DNA of 32,000 nt from Nitratidesulfovibrio vulgaris str. Hildenborough (lineage in GTDB: Bacteria > Desulfobacterota > Desulfovibrionia > Desulfovibrionales > Desulfovibrionaceae): the NCBI RefSeq assembly GCF_000195755.1, contig NC_002937.3, forward strand, positions 3,090,001 to 3,122,000, read 5' to 3'. Shown here one piece after another: positions 25,526 through 32,000 of this stretch (its first letter is position 1; every line of letters begins with the position of its first letter). A program made the translations under genes and the position numbers. Below the pieces are notes generated by a model that was not told the origin of the DNA, did no database searches, and worked only from the letters and a program-made list of their open reading frames with translations.

Positions 25526-27250
25526 ATGAACGCATCACGCAGTCTTCCACCCGTCATCATACAGGCGACCAACATCGCGCCGTTGCGCGGCAAACACCTG
25601 TTGCCACTGGTGGAAGGCCGCACGGTCATCGAGGTGCTCATCGGCAGGCTGCGCGGCATCTGGCACGACGACATCTGCGTGGCGACCTCCGACCTGCCCG
25701 ATGACGACGCCCTGTGCGCGCATGTGGCCGCACTGGGGGCGCAGGTGGTGCGCGGGCCGCACCGCGACCTCGTGAAGCGGCTCATCCTCGCGGCAGAGGC
25801 CATGCACTGCGACCATTTCGTGCGCGTCATGGGTGCCGCCCCCTTCGTGTGCATCCCCCGTCTTGCCGACCTCGCAGCGGAACACGCCGAACGCGGCGTG
25901 GAGTTCAGCTACAACGAACACCGCATGGGCGTCCCGCGAGGCCTCGGCGGGCAGGTGGTTTCTGTCGACATGCTGAAGCGACTCGACGCCGCCGACATCT
26001 CCGCCGAAGTGCGTCAGGAATTCGCCTATTCCGTTCTCCAGAACGCGGAACATTTTGCCGTGCACCGGCAGGACAGCGACCTGCCCCGCCTCGCCCTCGA
26101 CTTCCACCTTGAGACGACCAAGGACCTCTCCCTGCTGCGCGAAATCGCCGTCAACGTGCCCGATGTGACCATCGAGGCCATCATCGACTATGCGGCGCAG
26201 CACCCCGCCCTGCACACCCTCTCGCGGGCCTTTCCGCCCAAGGAGGTGGGGCTTGAGAAGCTGTTCCTCCACCCCGAGAAGATACTGGCCCTCACCAGCC
26301 AGAACGGACTGCCCGACGCCTCGTTCCCCGTCAGCGTGGAACTGTCGCTCACCAACCGCTGCAACCTCGCCTGCGTGTGGTGCTCCGACAAGGACCTGCG
26401 CGGACGGCAGGGCGTGAAGGCAACCCTGTCGCTCGACACCGTGCGCCGTCTCACCCATGAACTGCGCGAGGGCGGCACCAAGGGCATCGTCATCGAGGGT
26501 GGCGGCGAACCGACGCTGCACCCCGACTTCGCCGCCATCGTCGCGTGCATCACCGATGCGGGCATGGGTGCGGGACTCATCACCAACGGCGTGGTGACCC
26601 TCCCTCCCGACGTGCTGCGACGCCTCGACTGGGTGCGCGTGAGTCTCGACAGTTCGACCCGCGCCGAGTTCCAGAACGCCAAGGGGCGCGACGCCTTCGA
26701 GACCGTCATGGGCAACATCGCCCACTTCGCCCGGCACTGCCCCACCGTGGGCATCGGCTACGTGGTGACGCGGCACAACACCGAACACCTTGAGAGTCTC
26801 GTGCTGCGGGCGCGACAGGCCAAGGCGAGCTACATCCAGTTTCGCCCCGTCATCGACGCCCCCGACATCGCCCCCGAAGACTTCAACCTCGACTACCTCA
26901 AGCTCTTCGAGACCGACGGCTTCTGCGTCAACACCGACGCCATGCGCGACAATCAGGTACGGGGCAACAGCAACCTGCCCTGCCGCGCGCATCCGCTCAC
27001 CTCGGTCATCGGGGCCGACGGGTCGGTGCACCTGTGCGGCAGGCTGAACATCTTCGACTGGTTCGAACCCATCGGCAACATCAACGAGCAGTCGTTCGGC
27101 GACATCTGGCGTGGCGCGAAGCGCAAGAGTGCCGCAAAGGCCCTTGCCGACCCCGGCTTCTGCGGGCAGTGGTGCCCCGAATGCCGCATCACCAAATTCA
27201 ACCAGCTTCTGTGGCGTCTCTCGCAATCACGAACCCGCAACTTCATATAG
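25526..27250 (+). CDS. Fusion protein: SpsF-type cytidylyltransferase-like N-domain plus radical SAM C-domain (574 aa)
   Basis: N-terminal 'VIIQATNIAPLRGKHLLPLVEGRTVIEVL...ICVATSDLPDDDAL...VVRGPHRDLVKR' has the layout of the CTP_transf_3/SpsF family. C-terminal 'LSLTNRCNLACVWCSD' (CX3CX2C) and 'GIVIEGGGEPTLHPD', plus C-terminal Cys clusters 'CRAHP...HLCG...CGQWCPEC'. Confidence 0.8.
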   Translation: MNASRSLPPVIIQATNIAPLRGKHLLPLVEGRTVIEVLIGRLRGIWHDDICVATSDLPDDDALCAHVAALGAQVVRGPHRDLVKRLILAAEAMHCDHFVRVMGAAPFVCIPRLADLAAEHAERGVEFSYNEHRMGVPRGLGGQVVSVDMLKRLDAADISAEVRQEFAYSVLQNAEHFAVHRQDSDLPRLALDFHLETTKDLSLLREIAVNVPDVTIEAIIDYAAQHPALHTLSRAFPPKEVGLEKLFLHPEKILALTSQNGLPDASFPVSVELSLTNRCNLACVWCSDKDLRGRQGVKATLSLDTVRRLTHELREGGTKGIVIEGGGEPTLHPDFAAIVACITDAGMGAGLITNGVVTLPPDVLRRLDWVRVSLDSSTRAEFQNAKGRDAFETVMGNIAHFARHCPTVGIGYVVTRHNTEHLESLVLRARQAKASYIQFRPVIDAPDIAPEDFNLDYLKLFETDGFCVNTDAMRDNQVRGNSNLPCRAHPLTSVIGADGSVHLCGRLNIFDWFEPIGNINEQSFGDIWRGAKRKSAAKALADPGFCGQWCPECRITKFNQLLWRLSQSRTRNFI

Positions 27251-27260
27251 GACGACAGCG

Positions 27261-28295
27261 ATGCGCGTCATCATCGAAGAAGCCTATCGCCAACGGCTTC
27301 ACGAACGCCTTGAGGAGGTGTTCGACTCCGGCTTCCTCTCCGACGGCCCCATGACCCGCCGCTTCGAGGAGGCCTTCGGCACGTTCACCGGGCTGGGGGC
27401 GAAGGCCGTCTCCAACGGCGGCGCAGGACTCTGGGCGTTGCTCGAATACGCCGGGGTACGCGGTGGCGAGGTCATCGTGCCCGCCAACACCTTCTGGGCC
27501 ACGGCCCTCGCCGCCAGACGCGCGGGCGCCACCCCCGTCTACGCCGACTGCTGCCGCGACGACCTGTGCCTCGACCTCGAAGACGTGCGCCGCAAGGTGA
27601 CTCCTGCCACACGCGCCGTCGTCCTCGTCCACATCGGCGGGCACATCGCCTTCCGCGCCGAGGAGATTGCCTCCTTCTGCCGCGAACGCGGCATCGCCCT
27701 CATCGAAGACTGCGCCCATGTCCACGGCGGCACATGGAACGGCAAGACCGGCGGGCATTACGGCATCGGCGGCAGCTATTCCTTCTACGCCACCAAGACC
27801 ATGCCCCTAGGCGAAGGCGGCATGGTTGTCAGTGCCGACCCCGCCGTACTGGAATTCGTCGAACGCTTCCGCAACTACGGCAAGCAGGTCGTGGACGGCG
27901 TGGTCACCTACCCCATGAAGGACGCCTTCAACTTCCGCATGAGCGAGATGCAGGCGGCACTGGGCATGGTGCAACTGGAACGGATGCCCCGCATTCTTGC
28001 ATGGAAGCGTGAACTCGCGGCCCGCTACGACGCCATCTTCGAGAATCGCGTGCGTTTCCCCGAAGGCATGGAATCGGGCTACTACAAGTACATCGTCTTC
28101 GACGCCCCCGCACTGCGCGAGGCCACGGGCAAGGTCTTCGCCCGCACCGACCTCGGCCCCGTCATCGAAGACAAGGACTGGAACCTGCCCGGTACGGCAT
28201 GGGTGGTCGAACACCACCAGTGCCCGCCCATCTGGTACGGTTGGGACGGCTTCGACCTCGACGTGCCGGGGCTGCGTGCCCGGCTTCTGGGGTAG
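27261..28295 (+). CDS. DegT/DnrJ/EryC1/StrS-family PLP-dependent sugar aminotransferase (344 aa)
   Basis: 'IVPANTFWATALAARRAGATPVYAD', 'ALIEDCAHVHG' and 'SFYATKTMPLGEGGMVV' (the PLP lysine context). Confidence 0.9.
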   Translation: MRVIIEEAYRQRLHERLEEVFDSGFLSDGPMTRRFEEAFGTFTGLGAKAVSNGGAGLWALLEYAGVRGGEVIVPANTFWATALAARRAGATPVYADCCRDDLCLDLEDVRRKVTPATRAVVLVHIGGHIAFRAEEIASFCRERGIALIEDCAHVHGGTWNGKTGGHYGIGGSYSFYATKTMPLGEGGMVVSADPAVLEFVERFRNYGKQVVDGVVTYPMKDAFNFRMSEMQAALGMVQLERMPRILAWKRELAARYDAIFENRVRFPEGMESGYYKYIVFDAPALREATGKVFARTDLGPVIEDKDWNLPGTAWVVEHHQCPPIWYGWDGFDLDVPGLRARLLG

Positions 28296-28305
28296 GGGGC
28301 AGGCG

Positions 28306-29667
28306 ATGCGCGTCATGGCCTTCGTTCAGGCGCGGATGGGTTCGACGCGCCTTCCCGGCAAATCGCTCATGCCCGTATGGAACGGCATGGGCGTGCTGGA
28401 GATGACGTTGCGCCGCGCCCTGCGCGCCCGCACCCTTTCGGGGGTCGTGCTGTGCACCAGCACCGACCCCGCCTGCGACGCGCTGGAGACGCTGGCTAGC
28501 GGCCTTGGCGTTCAGGCCTTCAGAGGGCCGGAAGACGACGTGCTGACACGCTATGCACTGGCGACGGAACGATTCGAACCCGATGCCGTGGTACGCATCT
28601 GCGCCGACAGCCCCCTCGTGTGCCCCGAAGGCATCGACGCGCTGGTCGCCTTCTTCCGTGATGAAGGACTCGACTACGCCGCCCACGCCATGGACGGCAC
28701 GGGGCTGCCCGACGGCCTCGGGTGCGAGGTGTTCACCGCCGCCGCCCTTGCGCAGGCGCACGCCGAAGCCACCGCCCCCGAAGACCGCGAACACGTTTCG
28801 CTCTTCATCCGCCATCGACCGGAACGTTTCAGACAGGCGACACTTGCCGCAGACGCAGCCCTGCGCGCCCCCGGCGTATCCCTCGACGTGGATACGCAAG
28901 ACGACCTCGACGCGCTGCGCCGTTTCATCATGGCCCTGCCGCCCTCCGAAGGCCCCTTCTGGAGTGCGGACGCCATCGCCCCCCTCGCACGGGGGCTGCA
29001 TACGCCGCCACAAGGAACCTCCATGGACATCGCCTCCGACGACTACCACGACTTCTTCATCAGGGACGGGAAACTCATCGGCGAGTTCGAACAGATGTAC
29101 CGCAAGTCGCGCCATGCCCCGTGGCATCAGGACGAGGCCTGCGACAAGTGGTTCAACAAGGTCTCTGCCGCACTGGTGGGACACGCGCTTGACGACCCGT
29201 CCGTACGCACGGTGTTCGAGGTCGGCAGCGGCCTCGGCTACTTCCTTTCCCAATTCGCGGGCGAAGGCCGCACCCTGACGGGCACCGACGTCTCCGCCAC
29301 CGCCGTGGAGAAGGCACGCGCCCTGTTTCCCGGCATCTCGTTCGAGGTGGACGACATCCGCTTCGAGGGGCGACGCGGCCCCTACGACCTTTGCCTCATG
29401 CAGGCGGTGTGCTGGTGCATCTTCCCGCACATGGACGACGTGGTCCGCAACGTCACCGCCACGGTACGACCGGGCGGATACCTCTTTCTCGGCGAGTGCT
29501 TCCAGCCTCTGGACGGCCCCTTCGCGGGCAAGGACGTCATCCCCACGCCCGATGCGCTCATCGGGCATTTCAGCCATGCCTTCGACACCGTGGCCGACGT
29601 GCGCGTCACCCGCGGCGAGATGGGCGGCGGCCCCATCATCTACTGGCTGGGGCGCCGGAGGGGTTGA
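28306..29667 (+). CDS. Fusion protein: SpsF/acylneuraminate-type cytidylyltransferase plus class I SAM methyltransferase (453 aa)
   Basis: 'MAFVQARMGSTRLPGKSLMPV', 'VRICADSPLV' and 'EHVSLFIR'. C-terminal 'VFEVGSGLGYFLSQFAGEGRTLTGTDVSATAVEKAR' and 'VRPGGYLFLGE'. Confidence 0.8.
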   Translation: MRVMAFVQARMGSTRLPGKSLMPVWNGMGVLEMTLRRALRARTLSGVVLCTSTDPACDALETLASGLGVQAFRGPEDDVLTRYALATERFEPDAVVRICADSPLVCPEGIDALVAFFRDEGLDYAAHAMDGTGLPDGLGCEVFTAAALAQAHAEATAPEDREHVSLFIRHRPERFRQATLAADAALRAPGVSLDVDTQDDLDALRRFIMALPPSEGPFWSADAIAPLARGLHTPPQGTSMDIASDDYHDFFIRDGKLIGEFEQMYRKSRHAPWHQDEACDKWFNKVSAALVGHALDDPSVRTVFEVGSGLGYFLSQFAGEGRTLTGTDVSATAVEKARALFPGISFEVDDIRFEGRRGPYDLCLMQAVCWCIFPHMDDVVRNVTATVRPGGYLFLGECFQPLDGPFAGKDVIPTPDALIGHFSHAFDTVADVRVTRGEMGGGPIIYWLGRRRG

Positions 29668-29669
29668 CC

Positions 29670-30893
29670 ATGGGCCTGTTCGACGCCGGACATGACGAAC
29701 TGCTGCGCAGCGCGGGCAGCGACGACACGCCGCTGCGCACGCACGAGGAGCACGCCTCCAACGATTTCTACGGCAACGCCTCCGTCCTGAAACGGTACGC
29801 GGGGCTGCCCCGCACCGCCAGTCTTGCCGCCACGGTGGAACACGGGGTCTTCTACGGCGACTATGTGTGGGAAGTGGACATGGACGCCCCCCTGCCCGCC
29901 GTCATCGCGCCATCGCCCGCACGCCTCGACACGCTGGCGCGGCACACGCCCAAGGCCACGTTCGCCATCGGGCCCATGGTGCACTACGCGCCGCCCTCCC
30001 TCGGTCCCGAAGAACTCGCGGCGGAGAAGGCGCGTCTCGGCAGTGTGCTGCTGGCCTTTCCCAAGCATTCGTGCCACTGGACGCAGGCCATCTACGACAT
30101 CGACGCCTTCTGCCACACGTTGCGCCGCACAGGGCGCGACTTCGACACCGTGCTGGTGTGCCTCTACTGGAAGGACGTATTGCAGGGCACGGCCCGCGCC
30201 TTCATGGAACGCGGCTTCCGCTGCGTGACGGCAGGGCACATGTACAGCCCCTATTTCCTCAACAGGCTGCGGGCCATCATCGAGGTCGCCGACGCGGGCA
30301 TCGCCAACTTCTTCTCCTCGGCCCTCGGGTACTGCGTCCACCTTGGCAGGCCGTTCCGCATCGCCATGCAGGACATGGAGTTCGTCACCCCCGACGCCGC
30401 CATGCAGACGCATCGCGAGCACATCTTCAGCACTTCGTCCGGGTCGTGGGAGGCAGACATCGCGGAGGCCTTCAAGGGTGCCCCCATCACCATCACCCCG
30501 CACCAGCGGCAACTGGTCGATACCATGTGGGGCAGCGCGCATGTCCGTGATGCGGCGACCCTGCGGCGCATCCTCGACCTGTGCGCGGCCATGCGCACCT
30601 CGGGGGCATCCGTCGCCGCCAGCGACTGCATCGCCGCCGACATGGCCGCCCTGTGCATGGTCGAAGAACGCCCCGACGACGCGCTGCTGTTGCTCGAGGG
30701 CGTACTGCACCGTGAGACGCCGCCGGCACGCGCCCTCGCCACACTGGCAGAGGCCCACCTCGCCCTCGGGGCCACGGAACGCGCCCTCGACGCGGCCCGA
30801 CGCCTCGCCCGTAGCGCACCGGACGATGCCCGCCTCGCGGGGCTTCTGCAACGCATAGCCACCCGCACGGGTGCCTCGACGGTAGCACCATGA
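29670..30893 (+). CDS. Hypothetical protein with a C-terminal TPR-like tail (407 aa); no family recognised
   Basis: ATG 29670 with GGAGGGG 6 nt upstream, 2 nt after the preceding stop. Codon third positions are GC-rich throughout. ATGA overlap with the NeuB-family gene. Confidence 0.55.
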   Translation: MGLFDAGHDELLRSAGSDDTPLRTHEEHASNDFYGNASVLKRYAGLPRTASLAATVEHGVFYGDYVWEVDMDAPLPAVIAPSPARLDTLARHTPKATFAIGPMVHYAPPSLGPEELAAEKARLGSVLLAFPKHSCHWTQAIYDIDAFCHTLRRTGRDFDTVLVCLYWKDVLQGTARAFMERGFRCVTAGHMYSPYFLNRLRAIIEVADAGIANFFSSALGYCVHLGRPFRIAMQDMEFVTPDAAMQTHREHIFSTSSGSWEADIAEAFKGAPITITPHQRQLVDTMWGSAHVRDAATLRRILDLCAAMRTSGASVAASDCIAADMAALCMVEERPDDALLLLEGVLHRETPPARALATLAEAHLALGATERALDAARRLARSAPDDARLAGLLQRIATRTGASTVAP

Positions 30894-31966
30894 CCGCGAC
30901 ACCAGATTGCATGTCCGATACGCCTTCGCCGCTTGCCCCCGCAGGAGGGCGTGCCGCCATCATCGCCGAAGTGGGACTCAACCACGGTGGCGACGCCGAC
31001 CTCGCATGGGAGATGATCGAAAGCGCGTGGGAACACGGGGCCGACCTCGTCAAACTCCAGTCGTTCGCCCCCGGCGGGCTGCTGCACCCCTCGCTGCCCT
31101 ACGCCGCAAGCATGGAGGGCATGATGCTCTCGCTGCGGCAGCACGAGGCCCTCTTCGAACGGGCGCGGCGTCAGGGCATCGCCCTCATCACCACCCCCTT
31201 CGACGCGCCCACGCTCGACCTTTGCACCCGCTTCCGCATCGCCGCCGTCAAGGTGGCTTCCATGGACCTCGACAACACGGCGCACCTGCGTGCCGTGGCG
31301 CGCACGGGCCTGCCGGTCATCCTCTCGTGCGGCATGGGCGACCACGCCGATATCGGCAAGGCCCTCGCCACATTGCGCGAGTCCGGCGCGACCGACGTCA
31401 CGCTGCTGCACTGCATCTCCGACTATCCCGCAAGGCTCGAGGACATGCAGCTTGCCGAGATGCCGCGACTGGCGGCCCGCTTCGGCGTGCCCGTGGGCCT
31501 GTCCGACCACAGCCTCGGCCTCGAAGCCTCGCGCATGGCGCTGGCACTGGGGGCGAGGGTCATCGAACGCCACTTCACCACCGACCCGGCACTGATGGAA
31601 CGCATCCCCGATGCCGACCACGACATTTCGATCACCCCGGCACAGTTGCGTGAACTGCGCCTCGCCGCGGAACGCACCGCCCTCGCCCTCGGCGGGGCCG
31701 AACGCGTGCTCGCCCCGCAAGAGAGCGCAGGACGCACGGCATCGCGCCGGGGTCTCTACGCCCGCACCCGCCTCGCCGCAGGGCATATCCTGCGTGCCGA
31801 GGACGTGACGGCCCTGCGCCCCGTGGCGGCATTGCCCGCATCGGCGCTGGACGCCGTGCTGGGCAGGCCCTGCCCCTGCGACCTTGCCCCGCTGGCACCC
31901 ATTCCCGCGTCCATGCTGCCCAGCCACGAAGAAGCCGTAACAGACGACAAGGAAGGTGCCGCATGA
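30890..31966 (+). CDS. NeuB/PseI/LegI-family nonulosonic acid synthase with a C-terminal SAF domain (358 aa)
   Basis: 'AAIIAEVGLNHGGDADLAWEMIESAWEHGADLVKLQSF', 'VGLSDHSLG' and 'IERHFT'. SAF-like 'RRGLYARTRLAAGHILRAEDVTALRP'. Confidence 0.9.
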   Translation: MTATPDCMSDTPSPLAPAGGRAAIIAEVGLNHGGDADLAWEMIESAWEHGADLVKLQSFAPGGLLHPSLPYAASMEGMMLSLRQHEALFERARRQGIALITTPFDAPTLDLCTRFRIAAVKVASMDLDNTAHLRAVARTGLPVILSCGMGDHADIGKALATLRESGATDVTLLHCISDYPARLEDMQLAEMPRLAARFGVPVGLSDHSLGLEASRMALALGARVIERHFTTDPALMERIPDADHDISITPAQLRELRLAAERTALALGGAERVLAPQESAGRTASRRGLYARTRLAAGHILRAEDVTALRPVAALPASALDAVLGRPCPCDLAPLAPIPASMLPSHEEAVTDDKEGAA

Positions 31967-32000
31967 CGCCGCAACCTCTTCCCCGCGTGGTCAACCTCGA
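31963..32000 (+). CDS. Start of a further operon gene (only 12 codons in the window: MTPQPLPRVVNL)
   Basis: The ATG overlaps the NeuB-family stop as ATGA, and GGAAGG lies 6 nt upstream. The product cannot be identified. Confidence 0.35.
   Translation, partial: MTPQPLPRVVNL

Overview
High-GC sequence (about 68% in a typical line I hand-counted). Its gene content resembles a Desulfovibrio-type sulfate reducer; that taxon call is inference only.

Layout:
- 1-3265 (+): tail of a leucine operon, leuC'-leuD-DUF89-leuB.
- 3266-3873: convergent intergenic region filled by a hairpin-rich tandem repeat with a 187/186-bp period.
- 3874-6647: complete phage-shock module. pspA-pspB-pspC lie on the minus strand behind a sigma-54 -24/-12 motif, and pspF is divergent.
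- 6677-8629 (+): MoeA fused to a binding-protein-like domain, followed by a terminator.
- 8630-32000: a surface-glycan island of more than 23 kb in three transcription units.
  - (a) Plus strand, 9008-15228: four glycosyltransferase genes.
  - (b) Minus strand, 25197 down to 15499: nine tightly coupled genes. These are radical SAM/SPASM, methyltransferase, DUF692/MNIO-like TIM barrel, GT-B-like protein, Fmt-like formyltransferase, kinase-like/methyltransferase fusion, methyltransferase, SDR epimerase and GT4.
  - (c) Plus strand, 25526 to beyond the window: cytidylyltransferase-radical SAM fusion, DegT aminotransferase, cytidylyltransferase-methyltransferase fusion, hypothetical protein, NeuB-family nonulosonate synthase and one further gene start.

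No rRNA, tRNA, CRISPR array, transposase or integrase was seen.

Best candidate for something undescribed: the island looks like a nonulosonic-acid-type pathway carrying enzymes not normally found in such loci. These are the MNIO-like protein, two radical SAM enzymes, a kinase-like fusion and two fused cytidylyltransferases. All three units are preceded by sigma-54-type motifs, including a back-to-back divergent pair.

Other points worth a second look are the 187-bp repeat and a reading-frame anomaly upstream of the formyltransferase domain.

All family assignments are by-eye motif recognition. No searches were run.
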